Positions 1 through 19,150 of a stretch of 64,000 nucleotides of DNA are shown here, one piece after another. The position numbers and the translations under genes were made by a program. Each line of letters opens with the position of its first letter. Within the stretch, counting starts at the first letter, position 1. The notes beneath the pieces were generated by a model. It saw nothing but the letters and a program-made list of their open reading frames with translations. It made no database searches and was not told the origin of the DNA. The DNA is from the human T2T-CHM13v2.0 reference genome, Homo sapiens, in assembly GCF_009914755.1 (NCBI RefSeq), contig NC_060934.1. One strand, 5' to 3'.

Positions 1-260
1 ATGTAATATGTTACATATTATGTGATATGTAATATGTTACATAATATATGGGTCAGATTTATGTTTTATATCATATATCATATATTACATGGTACATGAT
101 ACGTATCATATATTGCATGGTGTATGATATATATCGTATATTACATGATATATGATATATCATATATTACATCATATATGATATATCATATATTACATTA
201 TATATTATATATCACATATTACATCATATATTTTATACATATATAAATATAAATATAAAT
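1..260. repeat. AT-rich degenerate minisatellite (~27-29 bp unit, ATATCATATATTACAT core)
   Basis: Repeated atatcatatattacat(g/c)atatatg units at 70-230; continues off the window's left edge. Confidence 0.85.
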
Positions 261-1068
261 AGCATTGTCTTAAGTTCATCTACCTAAACTTATCTGACGT
301 TGGGATGAGCACAACTGTATCTCAGCACTGCAGATATCATGGCCATAAAAGAAAATTCAGAGACCCTGGGAAAAAAGAAGCATGCTAATAAGTTCTTCCT
401 TTAAATGATGTTTTTATCCCTAAAAGTGGTTGTGACCTCCTCAGCCTCACAGAGTGGATAAGGACTGAGCCACCTAAATAATATGACTGCTTGGCAGGGG
501 TTTCTCCCCTGCAGTGATTGTACTTGGGTCACCTCTGTACTTAAAGCTACAACACTGTCCTAGAGACAATAATTTGTACATTGCTGCACTTTAGGTTAAC
601 ATAAGCTATAGATGCAAGCACAGAGCTAGATGACTCACATGTCTGCTTCTGCAGGCTGAAATGGTAATCCTGAAATTTCCTACTGCCCAACACGCACAAT
701 GCAAACCCGATGAAAAGAGCAAAGATGTAAAACTAGAATATCTAAGCAGTCAGTGGTGAAGATTCTAGTCGTGTTCTGTGTGTACACAGCAGCTGCATAT
801 CTTGTGAAGTTTAATTTTATCAGTCTGACTTATATTTTATGTGCCAAGTTTTTAGCATTTCAGCAGGTGCAATGGGACAAATCAATACAGCTAAATTCTT
901 AGCAACTGAGCTAAGAAAACTCTTTCACAACTCACACATCACAGCGTGAGAGACTGCAGAAGTTAAGGGGAGGGGAAAGAAGAAAAAAACAATGAGGTAG
1001 AAAGAGATGATATTTTAAATGAAAACTGTTATGTATGCCTAGGGGTGCTGTTAGAGAACTCTGTTCCT

Positions 1069-1387
<319 letters not shown>

Positions 1388-2300
1388 GAAAGAAAGAAAC
1401 TCCATTCCTTTTGTTTCCCTATCTGAAGGACCTAGAATGAGATCAACCCTCTGAGTTCTGCACCAGTCTAGACATTCCTACTACAACACACCAGCACTGG
1501 GGCTTGAAATGTGGTCTCTGGAAGGTAACAATGCTGTGATATCAATTTTTTTTTAATGTTTTAAGCATTTGAGTCTACAGACGAGTGTACCCATAAAAGA
1601 GAACAGAGAAGGACACGAGCGGCCAAGCTGTGGGCTACAAGATAAATCTAGAAGAGTGATTTTGCTACAGAGGAGACCTGGAGGGGAAGTTGAGTATGCA
1701 AAAGATGAGGCAATAGAAATAAAGGTTGCAGGGGTTGGGGGTTGGCCTCAGTTATATGAAGGCCAAAGTGATGTCAGCATGGGGATGCCTGCAACATAAC
1801 TGCGGGTGCTCCATTGCTCAGAGGACTGAAAACACACACAGCAAGACCCCTGGCACTTAAATGGCCCTCTTAACCCCATGCACACGCAGTTCCGATCTTG
1901 CTCCCCCATACCTGTCAGCTGTGCTTCTGACCTCCCTAGAGGCCCACGTGCTCACTTGTCATATTCATGGCAATGCTCAGAGATCATTCCATGATCACCA
2001 TCAAGGACATGGGCTGCATCTTCTGCCTTCTATGATACTTAATGCTCTAAGTTCCCAATTAATAGTTAATCACTAATAGTCACGAGATGCCTACTATTTG
2101 AGACTCACATTCGAACAGTTAGTCAAATTTAACAAGTCATAATAAACAACATGGAGCTGAAATCCCTCTTTAATGAAATCCATGGAAACATGACAGAAAT
2201 CACCCAAGTTTTCTATTCACATGTAGCAAATCAACAGTGGTTATATTTTTCTTCTGATTCTCACTGCAGAACAGGAATGCTTTTAAAGATCTCTGGAGTT

Positions 2301-2790
<490 letters not shown>

Positions 2791-5664
2791 TTACTCAGGG
2801 GTTTTTGTTTGATTTTGTTTTGCTGTGTCTGTTGTTTAAATAATCACAGCAGTAGAGGAGACTTAAAATAGAAACACAGAACATACTTAAATATAGAGTT
2901 AACGTCAAAAAAATTGAATTCAAATGAATTTTCTAAAAATACATACATATTTCCTTTTTGATTTCCACAGATTTGTTCACTTCTTTGAAAACTTTTATAA
3001 TGTTTTAGGATTTCACTGCAAAGCCCAGATAAGCTTTGATTTTTATCTAGTGAGGGTGTTGCCTTCCCAGAAAACAATCCAGGTTGACAACCACAATAAA
3101 AGTAAACACAATGGCCAAGGATGTGGAAAAAGAAAACTCATGATCCCACACTCAGTTGGTAGGGCTCTAACTCAACCTTCAGAAAAAATGAGCAATATAT
3201 ACAATTCCCTTTACAAGTCTCGTTTTATTAACCATTTAAAAGCAACTGAAAGTTTCTATTAGCTTTTCCTAATTAAATGTATGTTGCTCCTTTATTAAGT
3301 GTTGTTGGTGCTTTAAAAGTAACAGTGTCAGGAGATGCATTTCTAATTACTATTTTGAAAAATAGTACAAGCCATGTTTTTACCATATCAAAATGAAACA
3401 ATTAACTGTAGATGTCCATAATTAGAAATGCAATGTAAATTTGATTCTGAAAAACCAACCCATTGTGTCTTAAAGATAGGATAATTAACAGAGATACTAT
3501 TAAACTGAGATCTATGGTGAGAGGTGCCATAAAGACTTACAGACAGATCATAAAAAGCAATCTGAGAAAGGAAATTAGGTGGTTTGGACAAGCAGGAAAA
3601 AAAAAATCTTTAAGAATGAGATAGAAAAAAAGGAAGCAAGAAATAAGAAGAGTGAAGGGTATTGTAACTGGTTTTAGGGAAGGTGTGTTGGAATACATAT
3701 TTAATATAAGTAGTTCTCCATATATACCTGAGTCTGCCCAATAATGAGGCATCGTGACCTTTTACTGAACAATAAGATTTTCTTCTTGATAGCACTGCAA
3801 AAAAAGATTCTTTATAAACATGGAAATGGGTGTAAGGAACAAATGAAAAAAATCTCCTTTGGGTGAAAAGAAAAATCTGACCCCACAGCATATGCCTTAG
3901 TTACAAGGAATACAGCAGTCTTTCAGGTTTGTTTTGTATTTAAGTCATGAGCTTGATCACAGTTTTCTGATGAACACACTTTGTTTAACCCACAAATGAA
4001 TAAAACTGTTGTTTTGTCTTCTTCACACTTTGCAATACTCTGGGAGAATTTGAGATGATAAAAAGGAAAGTAAGTGTGAGGGAGGAAAAAATTAGGTACC
4101 CAGTCTTGACTTCATAGAAAAACAGGGAATATATGATAGTTTTTCCACCCACAGTGCCGAAAATGAATTAAGCACTTAGCAGCTCAGGGGACATTTGTTT
4201 CAGAAGAAAGAAGGTGTGAAGGAAGAAACTTGTTTACTTCTGAAATGCAGGTAGAAACTGTGCTAAAACACATTAATGTCTTAACTCATGATTCTTAATG
4301 CAAAACCTGTCACATCCACCTCTAGCATCTTCACACAAAGCCAGTGGCATTTATTGAGCACCTGCTATGTATGAGGATTGCCCCTTCGGCAGCTGCCACT
4401 CTATATTAGTCTTTAATCCTGCAGCTGAAAAGCCCCAGGGGCTGTGAGCAGATGGGGCTAGTAATGGTGCATCACCCTCCCTGCAACCCTATCACTCCAT
4501 CTGGCACATCTTTCCTGGAACAGTCCCTGGAAGAGAAATTGCACCAGGTTAAGAACATTAACAAAGGGAGGGTGATGGGTTTCAACAGAAATTGCATCTG
4601 ACAGGCAACCTTTCTAGTCTTACCACCAGCAGCTGCACACCTCTCTTCAACCTGGTTACGTGTTAGCTGTCCTCTCTTTATCCTTCTACACCTCCATCCT
4701 CAATTCACCCTCCTCTTAGACTAATAGTTCTGCCAACTCAGCATCCATCAGTCTTTCCATATGAGCATAAGCTGGATGGAAATGGAAGAGAGAGTGAAGT
4801 ACAGACCTGTGAGTTGGGCCACCTCCCTCCATTCTCATGGGCTTAGAGAACTCATTAACCTCTTCCCTGCTTCTCCTTCCTAACTTGTAAGAATATATGC
4901 TTCTTAAAGCTGTTCAATTTCCTCTTCCACATACTTTTACAGACCCGACATAGGATAGGAATGTTGCAGTTGTTGAAAAAAAATGTTAATTATTGGTGAA
5001 TTTTTCATGAATACGGTAATCACCACCTAAATAACTGAATAAAATTCTCTATTTCTTATAAAGATGATAGCAATTCGTTGTTGATAAAATGTTTTTCATG
5101 CTAATGATTAAAAAATAAAAGTTAAGAAGTAAACAAAATGTAGTGAGTACACAAGACACGATTTAAAATGGAAAAACCAGGAAATGAAATGATACACACC
5201 TTCTTTAAAACAAATATGTCTAAGATATTTAACTAAAGGAAAACAAGACTGATCCAGAAATGTCAATGGCCAAAGCAAACAGAGAATCATTAATAATGGA
5301 GTTTTATTTTAAGCCTCCGAATTTGCTTTAAAAAGCTAAGATTGTAATATTCTTTGCTTAGATTTACCATTGCTTAAAACACAGCAATACAAGAGAGAGC
5401 AATGAGACATCCCTTCTTAAGAGTTCATTTACTGGGTCAAATGCATATTAGAATCTTAATTCCCATCTACAAAATCATTGTTCTCTTACATCGATTTTCT
5501 TACATTGTTCTCTTAGCGGTTTTTCTATTTAACTGAATATTTATACTCATGGGCTATTTAAGGACACTTAAGAACTTTTAGCATCATGTTCAGTTGCTCC
5601 ATCTCATAGAATACTTAGGACACAAAAGATGCTTAAAGACCTTTGTTTCCTGAAATAATTTAAC

Positions 5665-5968
5665 TTTTTTTTTTTTTTTTTTTTTTTTGAGACAGAGTCT
5701 TGCTGTGTTGCCCAGGCTGTAGTGCAGTGGCGCGATCTCCACTCACTGAAAGCTCCGCCTCCCGGGTTCACGCCATTCCCCTGCCTCAGCCTCCCGAGTA
5801 GCTGGGACTACAGGCGCCCGCCACCACGCCCGGCTAATTTTGGTATTTATAGTAGAGATGGGGTTTCACCGTGTTAGCCAGGATGGTCTCGATCTCCTGA
5901 CCTTGTGATCCGCCCACCTCGGCCTCCCAAAGTGCTGAGATTACAGGTGTGAGCCACCGCGCCCAGCC
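5665..5968 (-). mobile_element. AluY
   Basis: CpG-rich, ttagccaggatggtctcgatctcc, perfect TSD gaaataatttaacttt. Confidence 0.96.
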
Positions 5969-6396
5969 GAAATAATTTAACTTTTAAAGTGAAATACATA
6001 AATGCTGGAGAGTGCTGTTTAAAAATTCAGTTTTGTGATAAACACTTTAAATTGAGCCTTCAAACTGTAATTCATTAAGAAACAAGAGAAACTTTTAAAA
6101 AGGAATTACATGTCCAACGATTGTCATGAAATTGGATTATAAGCTTTCTTTATATCATAAAAAAGAGAAAGCAGGAGGAGGGAGGAGAACAAGAAGGGAA
6201 CAAGTAAGAGAAACAGTTATGTATGCCAAAAAACAAATTAGACTTTGAAAAGAACAAAGGAGATCTTGGAAAGATTACATTTATTTCATGTAACTCCAAA
6301 AGGCAGAAAACAGACCATTAGAACAAAGGCAAGGGAGAAGGGGGGACCTCTCAGCTTAATCTGAGAGAGAACACCTTCCTATTAAAATGGAATACA

Positions 6397-6686
6397 GGCT
6401 AGGCACGGTGGCTCCTATAATCCCAGCACTTTGGGAGGCTGAGGCAGGCAGATCGCTTGAGCCCAAGAATTCAAGACCAGCCTGGGCAACATAATGAGAA
6501 CTTGTCTCTACCAAAAAAAAATTAAAACATCAGCTGGGCATGGTGGCGAACCTGTGGTTCCAGCTACTCAGGAGGCTGAGGCAGGAGGATCACTTGAGCG
6601 CAGGAGGTCAAGGCTGCAGTGAGCCGTGACTGCACCATGCACTCCAGCCTGGGTGACAACAAGATGCCGTCTCAAAGAAAAAAAAA
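6397..6686 (+). mobile_element. Alu (AluJ-like)
   Basis: Dimeric Alu, gtcaaggctgcagtg, A-tail. Confidence 0.92.
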
Positions 6687-6969
6687 TGTAATATACTTCC
6701 CTATGAAGTAATAAATACAACATGCCTAGAGGAACTCAAATGGAAGTTGAAATACTTCTTAGTAGGAACACTGAAATTGTGAATTTCTCTACTAGGTGGG
6801 AAAAAAGGCTAGGAGGTCAGCTCCATGATTCTACACTTTACATTTTTTCCTTCTTTTTACAGATATTAATTACATGGTTTTAGTCAAATGTGTTGAACAC
6901 TTTTATAAAGTTAAAAAAGCATTTGTCAGCACTTTTCAATAAACAGGTTTAATTTATATGTCAGTAACA

Positions 6970-7433
6970 GACATCTGTATTTTGGGGCCAGCAGCCATAT
7001 CCTTCCTTCTGATGGCATCAACTTGATTTCCCCTTTGAAATACACCAGTCCTTTTGGTTTGCATGGGGCTGTTTCAACCCCTACTCCCTCAGTTTGTACT
7101 CTCCTGGCTACAGGGATGGCCGTGTGACTAGAATCAGGCCCAGCCAAATAACCTTGGAGCTTTCAATCAAACTATGGGGGGAGGAACATTCTTTCCCCTG
7201 AGATGGCTTGGATGTAAGCCTGAAGCTGCAAAATGTCATCTTGTCACCACGAGGAAAGAAGCTACCTAGAGAAGAGCTAAGAGGGAGAGGAGGTGACACC
7301 TGACCATAGACCCCGGACCCATGGGCTCTGGTCTTTTCAGCTGTCAGCTACTAAGCCAGTACACCCTCTTTTCTGCTCTAGGTAGTTGGTGTTGAGTTTC
7401 TGTCACCTGCAACCAAAAAGTCCTGACTAATGT
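6970..7433 (+). mobile_element. Solo MaLR LTR (MLT1J/K-like)
   Basis: 3' end tttctgtcacctgcaaccaaaaagtcctgactaat typical of old MLT1 LTRs; 5' boundary approximate. Confidence 0.65.
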
Positions 7434-7514
7434 CAAAGAAGGAAATAGGGAGAAGGAAAGCTTGAATATCTAAATAGTCTAATTACCTAGTTTGCTGTAA
7501 ATTTCAATTTTTAA

Positions 7515-7986
<472 letters not shown>

Positions 7987-8599
7987 TAATCTCTCAAGAA
8001 AGAAATGAAATGGGGCCGTTTATGGCAGGCACACAATTCTTCCTCATGGCATTGTTCTCCCATGCACCATGTCACATAAACCACAGCCAGTAGAGCACTT
8101 GGAAATTTCCCCTCTAAGTGAACAGATTGTTTCAAGAAACAGGATTCCAGAAATAGTTTGTCAAGCTGTCCAGGTTGGCTGTTTTGACACCACAGCGCCC
8201 GCCAGGAGAATCACTCTCCTGCTCCCTGAATCCCAGTTTTCTCAATGAGTCTCGGGCCCATTAACCAGGGCATCCTGAATCTCTTCATCCTTCCACATTG
8301 AAGCATTCTGCACTTTGGAGCATTTAAAAATCTTTATGTAGATTTTTCTCACAAACTGAGAAATGGTTCATGTTACACATTTTCATACAACCTGGTATAG
8401 ACCAGGGTGAGGATAGAAATCTCATTGCTAAGGATCACTGTTTCTAACCTTCTATAGAACAAAACAAAGCACAGAGACAAACATGTACATTATTATTGTA
8501 TTCATCTGATCATTATCTAACTGTATCTAATTATATTAATCACAACATTGTCTTTTACAGAAGATTAAAACAAGTTTTTTAAAAGAATAAGTCTTCTGC

Positions 8600-8956
8600 A
8601 ATTTTCCCCTGATAGCGCAAGTCATGTAAATATCCCCTATCATGTACTTACAGCGGCTTAGGGACTGCGCCCCTGGAGCCAGAATGCAGCCACTCATAAT
8701 AGAAATGAAGCATCTGATTTGCAGCACACGGTGTCACCTCCACACAAAGCCTCACACTTCGGGACAGGAAGGAAAGAATAATACTGTATCCACTAGTAGC
8801 TGCAGGGGGACTTTTCGGGAGGCAAAATAGCATTACTTGAGTTGGAATTTGGCCAGGACACTGGGGCTAAATACCCGGACTGTTATGGAAAGTGCTCTAG
8901 GATTGTTAATGCCCTTGAGTCGTCAGGACCTCAGTTTTGTGTCTGCTATGAAAAGA
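8600..8956 (-). mobile_element. Ancient Deu-domain SINE (AmnSINE1-like)
   Basis: 8839-8956 (gagttggaatttggccaggacactggggctaa...aagtgc...gtcaggacctcagttttgtgtct) matches the recalled reverse-complement Deu core; left boundary approximate. Confidence 0.6.
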
Positions 8957-9590
8957 AAAGCTGATTAGATCATTTAAGTAAATCTCTCAGTGGGCTTCTT
9001 TAGCTTCTGATTATCTAGATATGCTTTAATCACTGTCAGATTGCCCTGGTTAAAATTAATGACAGATTAATGTAAGACTCTCCAAGATATCAAAGCACCA
9101 AAATATATACTACCTCAATAATATATCACGTATGTATTTTTTCATTTGTTCCCCAGGAGATTAATTTAGAGCCCCAGCAATTCCTACTTGGACTAAATCA
9201 TGCTGTTTTAAAGAGTACATAATATCCTAACTATCCAGTTGCCCTTAGCTTCGTGAGTCTCCAAAGGACAGATAACCTAAGTGGGCGATTAGATTTAATA
9301 CCACATCCCTGAAACCAAGACACACTTAAAAAAAAATTACTCTGAACATTAAATCTTCTATGTTATTTACCAAAATGCTTACCCACAACAAGACCTCAAA
9401 CACAATTATTCATCTCCTTTTCTGTACAGAAATCTAGGCTGTGCTTGAATTTCTTCAGGGGATAAGGAAACGGAGTCTTTATTGAGGTGGCAATGAAAAT
9501 CATAACTATTTTAAACTGGCATACATGTCTAAGAAGGAAAACATTTCTTTTATTGTACACATGAACAAATCAACTTTTAGAAATGATTTA

Positions 9591-9890
9591 GGCCAAGATG
9601 GCAGTGGCTCACACCTGTAACCCCAACACTTTGGGAGACTGAGGTGGGAGGATCTCTTGAGGCCAGGAGTTCAAAACCAGCCCAGGCAACATAGCAACAC
9701 TCTGCCTCTACAAAAAAAAAAGGAGCCAGGTGTGGTGGCGTGTGCCTGTAGCCCAGCTGCTTAGGAGGCTAAGTCAGGAGGATCACTTGAGCCCAGGAGC
9801 TTGAGGCTAAAGTGAGTCATGATGGCCCACTGCACTCCAGCCTGGGTGACAGTGACACTCTGTCTCTAAACAATAAATAATAATAATATT
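9591..9890 (+). mobile_element. Alu (AluJ-like)
   Basis: Dimeric Alu, tail grading into AT-rich low complexity up to ~9950. Confidence 0.92.
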
Positions 9891-10204
9891 TTATTTTTAA
9901 TATTATTATAATTTTTAAATAATATTATTATTATTTTTAAAAATAAAAAACGGGTATGGTGGAAGGTCCCTGAAAAATATTAGAAGATGAATTCTTCCTC
10001 CCTTTTCTTAGTCATTACCACCCACAAAACCCAAAAATGAATTTTTTTCTAAAATTTTAATTTACACACACACTCCTTTGTCCTCGAGTGAGTTGTTTTT
10101 CCCCTTTCAAAGCCCTACAAAAGGACTTTTCAAATTTTTCTCTGGACCATAAAGCAATTTTGCTGAGTCTTGGTTTTCTTATCTGCAAAATGGGACATCT
10201 GGCA

Positions 10205-10350
10205 AAGATCTGTGGTTCAGAACCCAGGCTGTACATTACAATCACCTAGGACACTTTTAAAAATATTAATCCCTTAACTCAGCCCTCAGAGACTCTAATG
10301 CAGTGGCTGTTCTTTTTAAATGTTCTCCAGGTGATTCTAATGACTGAAAG
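10205..10350. mobile_element. MER5-type hAT-Charlie MITE fragment
   Basis: ggctgtacattacaatcacctagg...ctccaggtgattctaatg motifs. Confidence 0.6.
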
Positions 10351-10384
10351 TGACTGAACTGGGATCTCCAGGATTCATCCAGGA

Positions 10385-11149
<765 letters not shown>

Positions 11150-11406
11150 TGAGAGGTGCCACTTTTATCAGGAGCCACCAACAAAATCTTCTGGAACAAG
11201 TGGTAGGGCAACTAACAGGCATAGTGTATAGAGGTCATACAGGCCACGGGGCTGTCGGCTGCCACACAGGAAAAACAAAGGACAGAGTGCGGAGCACAGG
11301 AAGGGTATGCCCAGGGGGATCCAGGCCAGTCCCCACCAGCAGCTCAGGGCTCAGTTGTTGGTCATCTCTATTCAAGTGACAGACTCAGTGAGTCAAGAGA
11401 GAAGCC

Positions 11407-11700
<294 letters not shown>

Positions 11701-11874
11701 AGGGAGAGAGAGAGAAGCAGCCACAGCACAGGGCTCCACCAGTGCCAACTCTGTGCTGGGACAGAGGATGGGACAGGTTGCATGGCCTACAAAGAGGGAC
11801 CAGTGTTTGAGAAGGCCTGCTAGGACCACTCAAGAAGTGTGTACTCCCCAACCCTGGAAAAATGTCTTCATTCA

Positions 11875-12335
<461 letters not shown>

Positions 12336-12490
12336 GTCTTTATTTCAATCATATTACTGCTTTCTTTTCCCCACTGCTCCCTACTCCCAAAGAAAAACAA
12401 ATCTCATACCTAATGTATTTCTAGGCAACCTGTTAACATACATGGCTAAAAGGAAGAGAGAGGAGATGAATGCTATGAAATGCCTACTAT

Positions 12491-12853
<363 letters not shown>

Positions 12854-13174
12854 TCAAATCCTCACCCTTTCAGGACCTCTCCCCACCCTAGGCCTAAGTA
12901 CCATGTCGGTCCATGTGCCTCAGCATGAACTTCTATCATTTTAACTGTATCTGCTTGTGCCTACCCATATGTTTACTCTACACATCTTTAAGTCTCTTTA
13001 GATCTAGGCTTCAGGAGGCTGAAAGTTCATCACAGGCAGAAATCCTGCCATTGGCTTCTATGGGATTCCTAGAAACTAATATCATCCACTTCACAGAGGA
13101 TGCTGTCAAATGAGAGATGATTATATTGTACATCTCTTGTAAAATGCTGCTCCTCATTGAACTTCTTTCTGAAT

Positions 13175-13475
13175 TTTTTTCTTTTTTTTTTTTTTGAGTC
13201 AGAGTCTCGCTCTGTTGCCCAGGCTGGAGTGCAGTGGTGATCTTGGCTCACTGCAACCTCTTCCTCCTGGGTTCAAGCGATTCTCCTGCCTCAGCCTCCC
13301 TAGTAGCTGGGACTGCAGGTGCACACCACCAAGCTCGGCTAATTTTTTTGTACTTTCAGTAGAGACGGGGTTTCACTGTGTTAGCCAGGATGATCTTGAT
13401 CTCCTGACCTCATGATCCGCCTGCCTCGGCCTCCCAAAGTGCTGGGATTATAGGCGTGAGCCACTGCACCTGGCC
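13175..13475 (-). mobile_element. AluY/Sc-like
   Basis: Reverse-strand Alu, ttagccaggatg...gatctcctgacctcatgatcc. Confidence 0.93.
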
Positions 13476-13494
13476 ATATAGATATATATATTTT

Positions 13495-13804
13495 TGTTGT
13501 TGTTGTTGTTGTTGTTGTTGAGACAGGGTCTCACTCTGTTGCCCAGGCTGGAGTACAGTGGCGAGATCTCACCTCACTGCAGCTTTGAACTCCTGAGCTC
13601 AAGCCATCCTCCCACATCAGCCACCCGAGTAGCTGGAACTACAGGCATGTACCACCATGCCCAGCTAATTTTTTGTATTTTTAGTAGAGGTGGGGGTTTC
13701 ACCATGTTGCCCAAGCTGGTCTCAAACTCCTGAGCTCAAGCGATCCACTTGCCTTGGCCTCCCAAAGTGCTAAGATTGCAGGTGTGAGCCACGACACCCA
13801 GCCC
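13495..13804 (-). mobile_element. Alu (AluJ-like) with (TTG)n tail
   Basis: Reverse-strand Alu. Confidence 0.92.
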
Positions 13805-14454
13805 AGAATTATTTTTTTAAAAAGAAGAACAATAACCAGAAAGAAGAAAGTAGATGAAAGAAATATTTCTCTTCTGAAACAAGAATGGCAAACCCACGGT
13901 GGAAACACAATGGTAATATTTTGTGCTACAAACCCAAGAACGGCCCAGCAAGCCAACATTTAAAACGCTGAGGGCAAATCCTCCCAAAAGCCCAGTAGTT
14001 TCTTTGCTTCTTTAAAATGGCTGGAGACGGACTGAGAGGGTCACTTGCTGATAATGGGAGAAGCTGTAAATGAAGAGCTTATTTTTCCTCTTCAGTATCC
14101 TGAAACAACACGACCTAAGAGGGGCTCCACCACTATTTGATTACCTGGCTCTCTGGCAGTGACCTTGGCTGTGATGCTACACCTGATAGCAATGATTTCA
14201 CATCACCAACCTGCCACAGTGAGGTGACAGGGGTTGCTTTGTCCTTGCTGAGCCAAATCCTTCCAGAAGCACGATGCAGTTGCCCAAAAGTGAGAGGTTG
14301 GCCACCGGTCTGCAGCGTGGATGATCTGTCTAGAGGGAGGCCCTCATTTTCCTCAACTCTTAGCTTCAACAATTGCAGTCATATCACAGGATGCTTGATT
14401 TTCTCAAGCTAGGGCATCAACCATTTAAATCGTCAGTCCACTTGAATTTAACTA

Positions 14455-15790
<1,336 letters not shown>

Positions 15791-16020
15791 AAATAGCCAC
15801 CCAAGTCCAGAAATGACCTACAATATAATATTATACTCAAAATTAAGGTAAGTTATTGGGGTCTATCTTGGTTTTTATTCTGAACAGTACTTAAAACTCA
15901 TGCTTAATCTACTTTTCTTCAAAAAAAATAAAAAATCAAAGGAATTGGGGGAAGAAAAGCTTTGTTCCTCACTCCCTTATATTTATTATGGAGCAAGGTA
16001 CATTTTAAATTGCTTTTGCT

Positions 16021-16345
<325 letters not shown>

Positions 16346-18899
16346 TGCTTTTGTTATTTGTCATTTTTGTAGTTAGAATTCAGCTGATGGTCTGTTGGTT
16401 CCTGATATCTTTTTCCCTTCTTCATTTTCTGTCCTCCCTTCCATCTCATTCATAAATCCCCTAGCACTTGCCCCTACCTCCCACACACCTAGGAAGTGGG
16501 AGGAAATCTCTCTACCCTGGGGTCAACATTGTCAGGCACAGCAGAACTGATAGACCTTTCAACAGCCCGAGCTATGGGCTTCCCACACTATTCATGACCA
16601 CGAGAAAGTACTTTAGCTCTTAGAAAAGCAACACTACAAGAGCCACCATATCAAGTCCGATGGATACTGCAGAGCTGGCTGTCACAGGGACACTGAGACA
16701 CCTTCCAGAGCACGGATTGACTCTCAATACCAGATTATTCTGAAAGCTGGGTTGTGTGCAGAATGGACGGGAGGAGGAGATTGGAAGATGGAAATGCATT
16801 CTATGGGGGATCGAAAATAAAAATAATGGGGAAAGCAACAATCAAAGCTGGAAGCTTACCTCAAATTAGTCCTAAAATGAACACAGCAGCATGAGTACAA
16901 AATAGACTCTTTCTAATGACAAACAAATGGACCAGAATGAAATGGATTTTTCTGTATCCTAAAAATCTTGGTATTTTGTGTTATTTACAAGGTGTTTAAC
17001 AGCCAGTAGAATGTATTCTTTTTAAAGTAATAAGCCTTTCAAATTATTACAACGAACACTTTTATGATCAGAAAAAGAAATACTCTAAATAAAAAACAAA
17101 AAGGTTACAGACTGTAATAATATAAATGGTTTCCTCTCCTAAATAGAGTCGTGTATGTTGTCTATGCTGTTTGCCATCGTGTACAGTATTTGTCATCCTG
17201 AGTTTCACTCCTGGTTAATACACTTTGGAAATCTTCTTGAATCCCAACACACACAGCCCCCATCCCTCAGTTTTTATAAATGACCTGTATACACGTATGC
17301 AGAGGTATCTACTCCTATGACCTGCTCATTTGAGTGGGACTTTAAAGGTTTTGATTGTTTAATAAAGAAAAATCATGTATCCAAGCTCTACAACATGCCA
17401 GAAGAAGGTATGTCTACAAGATCATTCTCTCTATATCCACCCTAGGAAAATATACTTGATCTTATTTTTAGAAAGAAAAAGAGTAAGAGACAGAGATATT
17501 TGGGCAAAGCACTAGAAGTTGCAGTCTTAGTGTTTCAACTTGCTTATTAGCTGGCTGCCACTTGGTGGCACTGTTGATTCCAGTTTGCTCCCAGATCCAG
17601 GGGATGGGTGTATCCACTGATCCAACCTTAATAAGCACGTGCGGCTCCTGCCCCATGAAGAACTTCATTAAGCCCTGACAGCCTTTATAGAAACATCAGA
17701 ATGTCTGTATTTCTACCACCTCCAGATCTAAATGACAAATGGCACAGCAAATGCCCTCCTCTTAGGACTTTCCCTAGCTTTTCCTCCAAAGGAGATATCC
17801 AACCTTTCCTTCCAGGTGTCTGTCTCAGCCTCTCTCTCTCGGAAACCTTCTCTATTAACTATAGCCAGAGCCTCCCATGGGACATGGCAAATCTGGGAAA
17901 GTGTCCTGGGTGCATCCTGGTGGAGGGGATAACAGGGCAAGACCAGAAAAAGAAAGAAAATGAGGAGGTGAAGAGGCAGTAGTACCACCATCTTGAGATT
18001 TTAAAAAAATACAAGATAAAATGCAGGGAGCACAAATCTTTGGTAGGCTCTCATTTCTGTGATTTATTTGGCAGGTGCTTTCATCTAAACCTCCCAGCAC
18101 ACCTGTGTGAGGACCTTGTTTTGGAAGTGAGAAAACTCAGGCTCACAGGGCTTAAGTAACTTGCTCAAGAGTGGGCACACAGAATTTGTGGATCCAGGAC
18201 TGGAGCTTCAACCTTTTCTCCAAGTTGGCAACACCACACAGCCTTCAGAGGGCTTTATAAAAATAGGGCTCCCAGTATAAACATAGGGAGGCTCAACAAC
18301 TTCTCACCCAAATAGAAGGACAAAAGTGGGCAGCTTCCCTCTCAATAAGATCTATGGTTCTCATCTTCACCTATCTGCCCCGTAAACACACAGATTGAGC
18401 TGCATATTCCTTTATTTATTTTTCCTCCTTTGAGATGGCCAAGGCTGTTAATTTTCAAAAGATCGCAGTTATAGAAACATTTGGAGGAAGGACGTGCACA
18501 GACATATAAGATCATTATTTGTTCTTTGTACTCTGCCCCACCACCCAAGGTAGCTCCACCTCTGTCCTACATTGAACTCTCCTTTTTCATATAATAAAAG
18601 AAAATCACTAGAAGCCTTGAACAATGACCAATATAGAATCCTCAGAGAGGGGCGGAGTATAGATACTGTATATCAATAAGTCTTACGCTATTGCTTTGAA
18701 CAGCATGTATTATGATCCTTTCCTGGTAAGAAGAGAATTCTATGATGTCTCAGCTAACTCAGAACATAAATCTTCACAGGTGAACTGTAAAGCATAGAGA
18801 GACGGTTCTGGTGGCTGTGATTTTGTAATAAGCACATAATTTATAATGCATATAAAATATGGCTGACCATAAAGTAATGAAAGCGATTTCTTAACAGCA

Positions 18900-19150
18900 C
18901 AACACATAGATACAACAAAAGCATGTCATCACTTTCTAAATAGATACTTTGGATATGATATCCATATTCTGTGATCTTGAGACTGCTCAAAACTCTGTGA
19001 AAATTCCTCTTTTGATATTGCATTCCGTGCATGAGACATATATTTTTGACTCTTCTCAATTGTGGTAAATATTCATACTTTGAGGGCGAATTTCATTTTT
19101 GGGAACAGCTGAGTCATTTGGGACTAACTCTGGCATATAAGCTGGAGAAA
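18900..19150. mobile_element. MARNA-like mariner-derived fragment
   Basis: ctgctcaaaac...attcctcttttgatattgcattc and tttgagggcgaatttcatttttgggaacagc resemble the recalled MARNA consensus. Confidence 0.45.
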
